DNA from: Macrostomum hystrix
Taxonomy: Eukaryota; Animalia; Platyhelminthes
DNA length: 64,000 nt
Assembly: GCA_950097015.1 (NCBI GenBank)
Contig: CATNEN010000010.1
Span: 372,001-436,000, forward strand
Reading direction: 5' to 3'
The notes under the pieces were generated by a model, which made no database searches, was not told where the DNA came from, and saw only the letters and a list, made by a program, of their open reading frames with translations. The translations under genes and the position numbers were made by a program. Shown piece by piece: positions 46,153-60,100 of the stretch. The stretch's first letter is position 1; the number at the start of each line of letters is the position of its first letter.

Positions 46153-46621
46153 GAACTGAGCTGGCTATGGGCATTCCGAGAGTTCTAAACTCATTGGCCC
46201 GCGTCAGTCAAATGCAAAATATGCTGAAATTACACTGAAATTCACTATCACAATACATTCTACTATTCGTGGTAAATAAAATAGAGAAGTTTGCAGCCAG
46301 CTACGAAAATTCTTTCGGCATAACGCCTTATTTTTTCTTCGATACTTTATTTTAGAACAGCGATAATTTGATCTCAAGCGCATTTATGATGGTTATACGA
46401 GCGTAGCTAACATAGATAGCAGTGTTGCAGCATTCGCTAATAGGCAGCGAATGAACTCGATCTTTACCCGAATAGGGGAATATCACTAGCATGGACCGCA
46501 TTCGAGTACAGAGAAACAGCATTTAGAAACACTTTTAGTAATATTACGAATTAAGTGCAAGAGAGCAGAAATATCGCATAGCAGCGATCACTTTTTACAG
46601 TTCATCCTTAGTGTACTTTGG

Positions 46622-46990
46622 TGAATCCCAGACCATCCACCCATCTGCAGATTGTCAAGAGTGTACATCGGGGAATCCAAGACCATCCACCCATCTGCAG
46701 ATTGTCAAGAGTGTACATCGGGGAATCCAAGACCATCCACCTATCTGCAGATTGTCAAGAGTGTACATCCGGGAATCCAGGACCATCCACCTATCTGCAG
46801 ATTGTCTACAGTGTACATCGGGGAATCCAAAAACATCCACCCCATCAGATAATTTCGAGTGTACATCGGGGAATCCAAAAACATCCACCCCATCAGATAA
46901 TTTCGAGTGTACATCGGGGAATCCAAAAACATCCACCCCATCAGATAATTTCGAGTGTACGTACATCAGGGAATCCAAGAACATCCACCC
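46622..46990. repeat. Minisatellite switching from a 50-bp to a 48-bp unit
   Basis: The core GTGTACATCGGGGAATCCAA is shared. Period is 50 at 46631/46681/46731 and 48 at 46811/46859. Confidence 0.93.
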
Positions 46991-47223
46991 CATCTCTAGC
47001 AGTAACTCATTGCAGTTTTCAAGACGCAAAAATAAACGTTAGGCGTAACGAAATCGAGCAGCGATTTCAAAGCATGCTAGATGGGTTTAAAGCAGTAAGC
47101 GGGATCGGTTCTTGAAAATTGATTAAGAATTTCTATGGCTGGCTCTGAAGTGCGCGACTCGGCCAGCGTGACTGAAAGACTGCGGGCCGTCATCATCGGT
47201 GCGAATAGACTTTAATAAAGTCA

Positions 47224-50200
47224 TCAAGGCTGCACCAGCACCTGGGCCAGCTCGTCGAACTCGTAGGACCGGTTGAGCAGAGTGTCCGTCAGCACCAGGC
47301 CGCTGACCGACTGCAGGCCTGGCACCAGCGGCAGCAGCTCGAGGCTGAGGCTCGTGCTCTCGCCACACCGCAGCTCCTGGAGGCTGCGAGCAACCTTGCC
47401 GCAGAACTGCATGGCCACCTGCGGCTCCGGCTGCTGCTGCTGCTGCTGCTGCACGTGTTGCCGATTGCTGGTGCTCAGGCGGAGGTTTACGGACCGGCTG
47501 CTGCAGAGGCAAAAGATTTGGAATTGGGAGGATATAGTTGTCAGGATAGGGTTGTCAGTGTCAGGATAGGGTTGCCAGTGTCAGGATAGGGTTGTCAGTG
47601 TCAGGATAGGGTTGTCAGTGTCAGGATAGGGTTGTCAGTGTCAGGATAGGGTTGTCAGTGTCAGGATAGGGTTGTCAGTGTCAGGATAGGTTTGTCAGTG
47701 TCAGGATAGGTTTGTCAGTGTCAGGATAGGTTTGTCAGTGTCAGGATAGGTTTGTCAGTGTCAGGATAGGTTTGTCAGTGTCAGGATAGGGTTGTCAGTG
47801 TCAGGATAGGGTTGTCAGTGTCAGGATAGGTTTGTCAGTGTCAGGATAGGGTTGCCGGTGTCGGATAGGGTTGCCGGTGTCAGGATAGGATTGCCGGTGT
47901 CAGGATAGGGTTGCCGGTGTCGGATAGGGTTGCCGGTGTCAGGATAGGATTGCCGGTGTCAGGATAGGGTTGCCGGTGTCAGGATAGGGTTGCCGGTGTC
48001 AGGATAGGGTTGCCGGTGTCAGGATAGGGTTTCCGGTATCAGGATAGGGCCGTTATTCAGTGCAGCTCTGAGCTGGGCGGTGGCCTGTGAGAACCTGGAC
48101 TACCAGCCCGAACCTGTTGTTGGTGACGCGGCAGACAATGCGGAAGAGCGAGTCCAGGCGGACCACGGAGGGTGCGTCCTCGACGGTGACGCGGATGTCC
48201 TCGGAGGGGGCCAACTGTGGATTGGGTTAGGGCGGTGCGGCTATGATGGCGGAAGGCTCGGAAGAAGAGGTTCACACAGAAAGGCAGTTCCTCTTGATTT
48301 CTGAGGCGCTGTGCTCTTCAGCGCAGCACTGATGCCAAGGGGCTTTGCTGCATGTCCTCTGCTCTAAGAACAGAGATGGACAGACAGATTTATATCAGAA
48401 CAGCAAAGCTAAGAAAGAAAATGGTAGGAAACACTGACCAGAATAGACCGAGAGCGGCGAGTGAATCAGAGGACAGACAGAGTAAGAGGACAGACAGAGT
48501 AAGAGGACAGACAGAGTAAGAGGACAGACAGAGTAAGAGGAGAGGCAGTGTAAGAGGAGAGACAGTGTAAGAGGACAGACAGAGTAAGAGGACAGACAGA
48601 GTAAGAGGACAGACAGAGTAAGAGGACAGACAGAGTAAGAGGACAGACAGAGTAAGAGGACAGACAGAGTAAGAGGAGAGGCAGAGTAAGAGGAGAGGCA
48701 GAGTAAGAGGAGAGGCAGTGTAAGAGGAGAGGCAGTGTAAGAGGACAGACAGAGTAAGAGGACAGACAGAGTAAGAGGACAGACAGAGTAAGAGGACAGA
48801 CAGAGTAAGAGGACAGACAGAGTAAGAGGAGAGGCAGAGTAAGAGGACAGACAGAGTAAGAGGACAGACAGAGTAAGAGGACAGACAGAGTAAGAGGACA
48901 GACAGAGTAAGAGGACAGACAGAGTAAGAGGAGAGGCAGAGTAAGAGGACAGACAGAGTAAGAGGAGAGGCAGAGTAAGAGGACAGACAGAGTAAGAGGA
49001 GAGGCAGAGTAAGAGGAGAGGCAGTGTAAGAGGAGAGGCAGTGTAAGAGGACAGACAGAGTAAGAGGACAGACAGAGTAAGAGGACAGACAGAGTAAGAG
49101 GACAGACAGAGTAAGAGGACAGACAGAGTAAGAGGACAGACAGAGTAAGAGGACAGACAGAGTAAGAGGAGAGGCAGAGTAAGAGGAGAGGCAGTGTAAG
49201 AGGAGAGGCAGTGTAAGAGGACAGACAGAGTAAGAGGACAGACAGAGTAAGAGGACAGACAGAGTAAGAGGAGAGGCAGAGTAAGAGGAGAGCCAGAGTA
49301 AGAGGAGAGCCAGAGTAAGAGGAGAGGCAGAGTAAGAGGACAGACAGAGTAAGAGGAGAGCCAGAGTAAGAGGAGAGGCAAGGGGTCGGTGGCAGAGCGG
49401 TTATCGCGTTTGCCTCTCGCACCAAGGTCACTAAGTTTGATTCCACGGCGAGGCCACATTTATTTGGGGCGCAGCCGCGGAGAGAAAGCTTGGGGGCTTG
49501 TCGTGCAATTTACGCCCTTGAGGGCCAACCTCAAAGGCACAGTAAAATGTACGAGCCTCGTACAAAATGTACGATGAGAAAGTCAGGGCAGATGTACACA
49601 CCTGTGTGAGCGTATGCCTGCGTACAGTATCTGTGTACGTGTATGCTCAGGAGTCAGCGAAATGGGCAGAATTGCCTCCTCGCTGGCTGCGGGTCTAGTG
49701 TCACTAAATGATGTGCCACTGCCCGCAGCCCTCCTGCAATTATTATCATTATTTAAGAGGACAGACAGAGGGAGTGAGAGGAGAGACAGAGACAGATAGA
49801 GTGAGGAGAGACAGAGAGGGTGAGAGGAGAGGCAGAGAGGGTGAGAGGAGAGACAGAGAGGGTTAGAGGAGAGGCAGAGAGGGTGAGAGAGAGGCAGAGA
49901 GGGTGAGAGGAGAGGCAGAGAGGGTGAGAGAGGCAGAGAGGGTGAGAGAGAGGCAGAGAGGGTGAGAGGAGAGGCAGAGAGGGTGAGAGGAGAGGCAGAG
50001 AGGGTGAGAGAGGCAGAGAGGGTGAGAGAGAGGCAGAGAGGGTGAGAGGAGAGACAGAGAGGGTGAGAGGAGAGGCAGAGGGTGAGAGAGAGAGGCAGAG
50101 AGGGTGAGAGGAGAGACAGAGAGGGTGAGAGGAGAGGCAGAGAGGGTGAGAGAGAGGCAGAGAGGGTGAGAGGAGAGGCAGAGAGGGTGAGAGAGGCAGA

Positions 50201-53200
50201 GAGGGTGAGAGAGAGTCAGAGAGGGTGAGAGAGAGGCAGAGAGGGTGAGAGAGGCAGAGAGGGTGAGAGAGAGGCAGAGAGGGTGAGAGGAGAGACAGAG
50301 AGGGTGAGAGGAGAGGCAGAGGGTGAGAGAGAGAGGCAGAGAGGGTGAGAGGAGAGACAGAGAGGGTGAGAGGAGAGGCAGAGAGGGTGAGAGAGAGAGG
50401 CAGAGAGGGTGAGAGAGAGGCAGAGAGGGTGAGAGAGAGAGTCAGAGAGGGTGAGAGAGAGGCAGAGAGGGTGAGAGGAGAGGCAGAGAGGGTGAGAGGA
50501 GAGGCAGAGAGGGTGAGAGAGAGAGGCAGAGAGGGTGAGAGGAGAGGCAGAGAGGGTGAGAGGAGAGGCAGAGAGGGTGAGAGGAGAGGCAGAGAGAGCA
50601 GAGACAGACAGGAGTGAAGTCAGTGTGGAAGTGATCGCGAAGAAACAAAAAAGTGCACAAAATGAAGGAAAAAGAGGCCCGAGGCAGTATCTGGGCACGT
50701 TGGTTTCGTCAAAAAAGACATTTTCAAAGGACTCAGTTGTCTTAATTGTTTTGTCAGGGAGGTCCGTTAACTTCAGAAAACTTCAACAAAAAAAATTTCC
50801 CCAAACGCGTCCCGCCAGCCACCGATAAAAACCTTCAGTTATAAAAAACAAGCGGAAATTTGACAGCAGTCTCAGTTGTGACTACTGCAAGTAGTGACAA
50901 AAGACAGATTTTTACCTTCAAACTTTGACACTTCTTAATGCAAAGAAAAGTATTGAAAATTGTGAGAAAAAAATGTAAAAAGGAAAATCGAATGAAATGT
51001 GAGCAGTGGAGCTCTCTGTGAGTTTCGAACAAGGGCCGCCTCAAACTGACCTTCCTGCCCGGGTCAGCCTACAAGGTTGAGGGAGCGAAGTGAGACTCAG
51101 AGTGAGTCCTTTTGAAACTCAAATCTGACTTAGACAAAATCTATCCGAGTATTGCTGAGGCAAAAGGCACGCCACACTGAAGTAACCGACAAATAAACTC
51201 ATGAGATCACTCACGTAGGCCTGTTGGTGTTGTGAGCATTTGCGTGAAAGGAACGGGTTGTGCGCTTTAAACATGCTCAAATGTCAAGAAATCTGTCAAA
51301 CAATAGGCTCAACCGACTCTATCCCCAATACACTGGATATTGAAATCCCCACTACCCCAATACACTGGATATTGAAATCCCCACTACCCCAATACACTGG
51401 ATATTGAAATCCCCACTACCCCAATGCAGTGGATATTGAAATCCCCACTACCCCAATACACTGGATATTGAAATCCCCACTACCCCAATGCAGTAGATAT
51501 TGAAATCCCCACTACCCCAATGCACTGGATATTGAAATCCCCACTACCCCAATGCATTGGATATTGAAATCCCCACTACCCCAATACACTGGATATTGAA
51601 ATCCCCACTACCCCAATACACTGGATATTGAAATCCCCACTACCCCAATACACTGGATATTGAAATCCCCACTACCCCAATGCATTGGATATTGAAATCC
51701 CCACTACCCCAATACACTGGATATTGAAATCCCCACTACCCCAATACACTGGATATTGAAATCCCCACTACCCAATTACACTGGATATTGAAATCCCCAC
51801 TACCCCAATACACTGGATATTGAAATCCCCACTATCCCAATACACTGGATATTGAAATCCCCACCACCCCAATACACTGGATATTGAAATCCCCACCACC
51901 CCAATACACTGGATATTGAAATCCCCACTACCCAATTACACTGGATATTGAAATCCCCACTATCCCAATACACTGGATATTGAAATCCCCACTATCCCAA
52001 TACACTGGATATTGAAATCCCCACCACCCCAATACACTGGATATTGAAATCCCCACCACCCCAATACACTGGATATTGAAATCCCCACTACCCAATTACA
52101 CTGGATATTGAAATCCCCACTATCCCAATACACTGGATATTGAAATCCCCACTACCCCAATACACTGGATATTGAAATCCCCACTACCCAATTACACTGG
52201 ATATTGAAATCCCCACTACCCCAATACACTGGATATTGAAATCCCCACTACCCCAATGCATTGGATATTGAAATCCCCACTACCCCAATACACTGGATAT
52301 TGAAATCCCCACTACCCCAATACACTGGATATTGAAATCCCCACTACCCAATTACACTGGATATTGAAATCCCCACTACCCCAATACACTGGATATTGAA
52401 ATCCCCACTATCCCAATACACTGGATATTGAAATCCCCACCACCCCAATACACTGGATATTGAAATCCCCACCACCCCAATACACTGGATATTGAAATCC
52501 CCACTACCCAATTACACTGGATATTGAAATCCCCACTATCCCAATACACTGGATATTGAAATCCCCACTATCCCAATACACTGGATATTGAAATCCCCAC
52601 CACCCCAATACACTGGATATTGAAATCCCCACCACCCCAATACACTGGATATTGAAATCCCCACTACCCAATTACACTGGATATTGAAATCCCCACTATC
52701 CCAATACACTGGATATTGAAATCCCCACTACCCCAATACACTGGATATTGAAATCCCCACTATCCCAATACACTGGATATTGAAATCCCCACCACCCCAA
52801 TACACTGGATATTGAAATCCCCACTATCCCAATACACTGGATATTGAAATCCCCACTACCCCAATACACTGGATATTGAAATCCCCACCACCCCAATACA
52901 CTGGATATTGAAATCCCCACTATCCCAATACACTGGATATTGAAATCCCCACTACCCAATTACACTGGATATTGAAATCCCCACTATCCCAATACACTGG
53001 ATATTGAAATCCCCACTACCCAATTACACTGGATATTGAAATCCCCACTATCCCAATACACTGGATATTGAAATCCCCACTACCCAATTACACTGGATAT
53101 TGAAATCCCCACTACCCCAATGCACTGGATATTGAAATCCCCACTATCCCAATACACTGGATATTGAAATCCCCACTACCCAATTACACTGGATATTGAA

Positions 53201-55181
53201 ATCCCCACTACCCCAATGCACTGGATATTGAAATCCCCACTACCCCAATACACTGGATATTGAAATCCCCACTATCCCAATACACTGGATATTGAAATCC
53301 CCACTACCCCAATACACTGGATATTGAAATCCCCACCACCCCAATACACTGGATATTGAAATCCCCACTACCCCAATACACTGGATATTGAAATCCCCAC
53401 TATCCCAATACACTGGATATTGAAATCCCCACTATCCCAATACACTGGATATTGAAATCCCCACCACCCCAATACACTGGATATTGAAATCCCCACTATC
53501 CCAATACACTGGATATTGAAATCCCCACTACCCCAATACACTGGATATTGAAATCCCCACTACCCCAATGCACTGGATACTCAAATCCCCACTACCCCAA
53601 TACACTGGATATTGAAATCCCCACTACCCCAATACACTGGATACTCAAATCCCCACTACCCCAATACACTGGATATTGAAATCCCCACTACCCCAATACA
53701 CTGGATACTCAAATCCCTAATATTTAAATACATTTAGAGCTGAACTCCCTACGTCCTAGACTAACAAGGCAAATATAATTCCAAAATGCACTTTAAAGGT
53801 TCAAATCCCATTCGTCAAGGTAGCGTGGGGCACTCACAGCAGTGGACAGTGGGCTGGTCTGCAGCCGAGCACGCTGGCCCATCTGGCTGCGCCACGTGAT
53901 GTCCAGCTTCCCCACAGTGACCGAGGCACCCACGGTCTGCTGCTGCTGCTGCTCCTGTTCCTGTGATTCTACGGAACTGATCGGCCGCAGGCGGTAGAGA
54001 AACTGGCGAATCTCCTGCTCGCGCAGGCACTCCGGGACGCGCACTCCGCTGTCACTGGACGGGCGGGCAAAGAAGGCCGGGCATGTCTGACTGGGTCCAG
54101 AATGCGGAACTGCCGCCACAAGACATGCATAGCATCTAATAACCACTCCTCAGTAACTCCCCTACCAAATTTCACTCCTCAGTCATTCCCCGACCAAATT
54201 TCACTCCTCAGTCACTCCCCGTCCAAATCACTCCCTGACCCAATGTCACTCCTCAGTCACTCCTCTACCAAATTTCACTCCTCAGTAATTCCCCGTCTCA
54301 ATGTCACTCCTCAATCACTCCCCGACCAAATGTAAATCCTCAGTCGCTCCCCACCTACTCACTCCTCAGTCACTCCCCTACCCAACATCACTCACTCCTC
54401 TCTGTCAGAGGGCGTGTCTAGAAGCTGGAAGTTGGGCGCGGGCTCCAGGAAGACCCGCTCGAGAAAGATCGGGCCCGAGGTGATGTTCTGGATCTTTGCC
54501 TCTAGGAACACTTCGTCGGTCTCCGTAGTGCGAAAGTCAGTCTTCACATCCAGCGGTCGCTGAACCTGAGAATATTTAACGTGCATGAACTGATAGTGCA
54601 AGATAAAAGCCAACGTGAAGGGCTCTCAGACGATCAAGCAATTACAATTGTGCAGCGCGAGGCCTGCCAAAACTAACCTGGAACTTAAAGTACTTTTTAA
54701 AGTACAGCTTCTCAGACGAGTGCGAAGTGTAGGAGACGGTACAGACCAGGATGTGCGGGCCAAGCTCCTTGACCTCGTGAGTGAGCACCTCGTCAATGGA
54801 GCGGTCCGGAGGCAGCTCGGACACAGGCTCGGCGCTACCGGCAGTCATGGCCACCTTGCTGGAGTTGGTCTGCAGGTCCGCCTTGACGATGATGTCGCGG
54901 CAGAGAAAGTTGCAGTCGTTGTGGACCGACACGTAAGCCGAGAAGGTCTCGCCCAGGTAGATGTTGCCAAAGTTCTGCGGCAGGCTCAGCATGTCAGTCA
55001 GGTTTATCTTCTGATGCCCGGCACCCTCGGTAATGTCGCGCTGGTTGGCGGCGCATTTCTGCGGCGACAGTTCGGGAGCGGGCTGGGCAAACAGGTCGCG
55101 CGGGTCGTACGTCACCAGAGGCGTCTCCGTGACAAAGGAGGGCCGGGTCAGGCGCATCACTACAAGGTAGAGGCGTTCCAT
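47224..55181 (-). CDS. TRAPPC13: Trafficking protein particle complex subunit 13 (5 exons, 449 aa)
   Basis: Exons 55181-54678, 54565-54396, 54135-53838, 48214-48114 and 47500-47224 join in frame. Motifs [87 protein letters not shown] and [12 protein letters not shown]. Confidence 0.95.
47539..48048. repeat. Intronic minisatellite, 20-bp unit
   Basis: Unit TCAGGATAGG(G/T)TTG(T/C)C(A/G)GTG. Confidence 0.97.
48468..49378. repeat. Intronic minisatellite, 17-bp unit
   Basis: Unit AGTAAGAGGACAGACAG with the variant AGTAAGAGGAGAGGCAG. Confidence 0.97.
49381..49555 (+). mobile_element. tRNA-derived SINE (family B)
   Basis: GGGGTCGGTGGCAGAGCGGTTATCGCGTTTGCCTCTCGCACCAAGGTC... is homologous to the minus strand of 27235-27423. 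Confidence 0.75.
49760..50610. repeat. Purine-rich variable-unit minisatellite (about 17-23 bp)
   Basis: GAGAG(G)AGAGGCAGAGAGGGT with a variable number of GA dinucleotides. Confidence 0.95.
51322..53717. repeat. Intronic minisatellite, 32-bp unit, about 75 copies
   Basis: Unit ATCCCCACTACCCCAATACACTGGATATTGAA with several recurring variants. Confidence 0.98.
54143..54395. repeat. Degenerate pyrimidine-rich tandem repeat (about 31 bp) filling TRAPPC13 intron 2
   Basis: Recurring CACTCCTCAGTCACTCCCC...ACCAAAT. Confidence 0.8.
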
Positions 55182-57194
55182 AGTCGGTTGGCTTTCTGTG
55201 CGTCTCTGACCGCCTTGGTCTCTAGCTTTATTCGAATTTCTGTACGCGTCACTGCGGCCCACTCGGAGGGGACGGCCGGAAGATAGCCGAATTGAGATGA
55301 AGAGACGAGAGTGCCTGTTGGCGGCTGAGGCGATCCCCTCCAACCCTCCAAGATCCCGCTCTGATCCGGGCCCCAGGGCCCGCAGCCGACTATTTTACTC
55401 CCCACGACCGGCATTCCTAATCCGACAGTTTATAGCCCAGCCGGGCATCCCCCAGCGCCAGCCCTTGTATCTTGGCTGCCCCGCTTCTCTCGCAGCTCGC
55501 GGCGCCTAGTGATTGCGATTGTGGATAGAGAGACGGCAGAGGCTGGGAAGAGAGCGGCTCGCAGGCTTGCCAGAATGTGATTAACGGTCAGTCTGTGCGT
55601 GTTGCATGCAAATCAACACTTTGAAACCCTGCTTGTGGCTGTGACTGACACACAACACTTATCAGCTCGAAAGCTGTCTATCGCAAAAGTGAGAATAAAA
55701 CACCATCGCGGAATATATGTCAAAGCCTCGTACAAGCCGATTCTGTCTGATAGAGTGATAAACTAGCTTCAATGGCACTAAGTTTCACGATTCACCGTTG
55801 AAAGATTGCGACTATAGTTTGCTTCTGTGACAGCACAGTTGCGGTCAGCTATTGCCCGCCGGCGCAGGAATCTGGTTGCGTTCATAGAATATTCAGAGTG
55901 GTAGAGAAAAGCGTGTGTATCTGCACAGCTTGGGGGACGCGCCGAGCACAGATCGAAATCGATTGTTGCAAAATCGTCCGCCCCACTGAAGACGAGGACC
56001 AGTTTTATGCCCGCAATTAAGGCGCTGAATAAATTAGAGGCTTCATAAGGTAGGCGGACTGGCGAGCTGAGTCGCATGGTGAAGTGCATGAGAAGGCTTG
56101 ACTGACAGAGCATGACGGGACCCAAATCATGCAGGCGGGCAGTCGGGGACTTGAGCTCATTGGAGCAATGTCACGGCTGCACTGCTCCCTCGTCTGACTG
56201 GCTACACTCTTCAGCAGCTGCGCACATCATTTTCCATTCATTTCAGCCCGACTTTGAAGCGCGGAAAATTGAACGCCGAGAACGGACAGACGCCAAGGCA
56301 ACGGGAAGGTAAAGAAAAGCGACTGAGAATTTCCGGCCGCTCAAAAGAGTGAAAGACGGAGAGAAAGGTCTGGAACTGAAAGGCCCTTAGGGGAAGCATG
56401 CCGGACTGTGTCCGGGGGACATGTGCCTCCTTTCTATCTTTAATTTAGCATTGCTGCAGTCCCGCATCAAGGGAGAATGCGTAATGCCCCCCTCTGATCT
56501 GAGCTTCGGTGCAGCGATTGAACTGGACAGCCTCGCAGGCTCTTGCAGCAGGCAGCCTCAGTGACATTTTCCTGGAATGAAACGTGCTGCTTTCAGAATC
56601 AGAATGAACGCCTCACAAAGGAAAAAAGAATGGCCAGACATCGATACTGTTAAGGGGCACGCCATGTAGCTGAAGTCGGCTCAGCTGCCACTGACTGGCT
56701 GAATATTAAAGCCGAAGCTGTGACGCAGGCCTCAGTAAGCAGGCCATGTGGGCCATTCGGAACTCAGCGTACAGAGGGGAGAGGTGGATGGCGACCGAGG
56801 GAACGGGGAATCCAGCCGCCTCCAATAAACGTCGGGGAGCAGAAGAGGCTGCGTTGAGGCTAGATGAAAATGGACAGGGAATGAAAAGCGCGGCAATCCG
56901 GATGACGGACATACCGGACAGACAGCCTGTCCCTTTGGACGCAAAACTCTGCTCTTGTCTGCGCTAGCGTGCGCGTGCTGTTGTTTGGCGATTTCCTTGG
57001 CACAACTTCAGGATACGACGGCGGGTCAGAAGGCGCTTAGCCAGCAGAGTGCAAAGTAAGTCTGGCCGAATGATGGCAGCTCACTGACACTAAAATCAAA
57101 GATTCTGACTTAAAATGCTATATGACACGTCCTCAGACATACTCAGACGTTCCTCATTCCTCAGACATACGAGTACGCAGAGAGCAAAGCGAAA

Positions 57195-60100
57195 ATGCAA
57201 CTGACGCTGCTTCTATTGCTTATTTGGCTCTGGCAACCCACGGCAGCAATTGAAGATGCCTGCGAACTAACGGCAGTCCCGGCAACTGTGATGGGCCTGA
57301 CCGTAGGCCGCTACCAGCGGCTGCAGTGGAACTGCTCCTGCTGCCCCGAGCTGATGCGCCGCGGCTACCGGCTCGGCACCCGAGCCATGGTCAGCAACGC
57401 GCAGATCGTCGCTGTCACAGCCAGCGGACGGCGCGAACGGCAGCAGCACGCCACGCCAAAGAGAAATTGTGGCGGCGACTTCGGTGGCGACCTCTGCACC
57501 GCCAAGGACTTCCCGGCCGCCACGCCGATCTACATTGAGGCCAATAACGTGGGCCGCACCGCGGTGCTGCTGCGCCTGGTGGCTTGGAACTCCAGCACCA
57601 CCGAGGCCAGTGAGAATCCCACGGCTCCGGAGGAAATCGCACTGGGCGGCCTGCACCCCAAAACAGTGGCCGAACGGCAAGTGGCCGTCGTGACACTGCG
57701 AAAGCCACGACTAATCGACGCTGCATTCGACTGGGCCATCGGCCTGGTGGCCTGCACCCTGGCCATGTGCATGGGCTGCATGACAGACCTGCGACTGGCT
57801 CGGCCGCATTTCACCAGCCCGCTGGGTCTCGTCTGCTGCCTGCTGGTGCAGCACGCGCTGCTGCCCCCGGTGCGTTGGGCCATTCTAAAGTGGAAAGTCT
57901 TAGCGGGTTAATCACACCCTCCAGTTTTAATCCAAGCACCTATGATCCTATCTCAGTTTTGCTCTCAGGAGAGGGGAGTTAGTTCCTCATGGCAAAACCT
58001 GTTCAAAAGTCCTCAGGGGCACCGATAATTCAGGCACAGGGCTCATGTAAATAGCTTCGATAGGCAGGCCAACTGAAGTGGACAGCCTAAAATTATTTTT
58101 AAAGCCATACAAATAAAGGGCTAGAGAGCTCAGATCGAAATGGAAGGGGCATACTCGAGCAGGCCAATCACATTGAGTTGTCAGTTTGCCCAGTGTAGCT
58201 GCACTGGCCCCTTTAAGTGTCATTGAGTTTGAGGCCTAAAGCTAACTTAATAATAAAACAAAAGCGAAAATGATCAAGCCAGAGCGGCAAGAATATTTGC
58301 CTCAGTTTTTGTTATAACACTGCGCTGCCCAACCCGGACACTGAGGGGGGCAACTGTCCAAGATCGCACAGCAGCAAGATAATGGATGGGACGCGATGAG
58401 CGGGCGGGGGTGCTTCGCGAGCCGGTCAGTTTCTTATGCCCTCTGGAGCCGACACACAGGCGAGTGCGACTGTCGCGCAGCCCAGCCCGGAGTTGCACAA
58501 TTTTCTGGCATTCGCACTTAATCACAGTGGCCCCGCGGGCAGGGGACAGGGCGGGCGCCGCGGAAATCCAATTACCGGTGGCCGGCACTAATGGCTGCGA
58601 GTCCCCACAGTCGGGACCGGCAACTGGAAATGACGAGGAAAATCGCAGAGTGAGCTGGCCAGCCGAGAGATAGAGAAAGGGATTAGAGGCTGAACAATAA
58701 CTGCCAAGGAGGGCAGGGCAGCTTTGCCTGCGCCAGAAATGTCGGGGAAACTTTTAGCAAAGCCTCCACAGCCCCAGAAATTGCGAGCTAATCGAGGCTG
58801 TAGGTTATAGAAGAATGGAGAGCAAATGCCTTCTCTGAGGCCTCTGAAGACAGCAAGGAAAATCAAGGCCCCTGCCAGCCTCGTGAGCTTATCCCCTTCA
58901 TTCTTCAAACGCCTGAGCTGCTCCAGTGGTACGCATTGAGCAGCATCACAGAGGCCGAACTTTCTCTCTTCTTGTGTTTCCAATCGACTGTCTGCCGTGG
59001 CCAAACGCACCGCCCACAGATCAGATCCCGGAATCTCGAAATCGCAAAGCCAGATTCCGCCGCCTTCCTCATTCTTCTCTCTCATCTCCCGAGCCGTTTC
59101 TCCCGCCCTCATTTGCTTCCAGCTCCATCTGGGATTTGACAGATGGCTTGGGAAGGCAGGGGCTGTCAGAAATTCTGCAAAACATCTCTCACCCTCCGCT
59201 CCGGGGATTCGCGGCATCAAAAGCCCCCAGCATTGCCGCGGAAACAACACTGAGGAGCGCCGCATGCGTCAGCGTCATCCCGGACTGCGCGGCAAGCTGA
59301 TTTCCTCGGGGGATGCAGGGAAGAGTCAAGAGAAAGAAATCCCGAAACAAACGCGCGCGCGCGCAATTAACGGCTGGAGCAGGGATTAGCACGCCACTTC
59401 AATGGGGACACAGGCCGTGTCCTCCTCTCCTTGTGAAAAAGTGCAACTAATTGTCATGCGCCAGCGCTGACTCCGGCCACTTCAGCGAGAGCTGCGCGCG
59501 ACCCATTTTTGTTAGAAAAAAATTGCACAATAAGAGCGAAGCCCGCGCAAACGCTTCTCACAGCATCCTCGCTTTGCCGTTGGCAAGCCCGGTGAGGACT
59601 GTAGCGAAGGGATTCAGCTCACTTATCTAGCACGGGTTCTATTTAAAACGGATGAAGGGCGCAGCGCCATGCCTTTTAGAGCATTGTTAGCTCTATCCTT
59701 CGAATTCTATAGGAAAAATATAAAAAGAAGTGACAAATGGAGTGGAAGCGGTGGGAGACAGAGATGGAGCGGCTGGGAGAGACAGAGATGGAGCGGCTGG
59801 GAGAGACAGAGATGGAGCGGCTGGGAGAGACAGAGATGGAGCGGCTGGGAGAGACAGAGATGGAGCGGCTGGGAGAGACAGAGATGGAGCGGCTGGGAGA
59901 GACAGAGATGGAGCGGCTGGGAGAGACAGAGATGGAGCGGCTGGGAGAGACAGAGATGGAGCAGGTGGAGAGACAGAGATGGAGCGGGTGGAGAGACAGA
60001 GATGGAGCGGGTCGGACAGACAGAGATGGAGCGGGTGGAGAGACAGAGATGGAGCGGGTCGGACAGACAGAGATGGAGCGGGTCGGACAGACAGAGATGG

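Noticed and set aside
48395-50828. Leu/Ser/Cys-rich and Glu/Arg-rich ORFs
   Set aside because: Minisatellite translations inside a TRAPPC13 intron.
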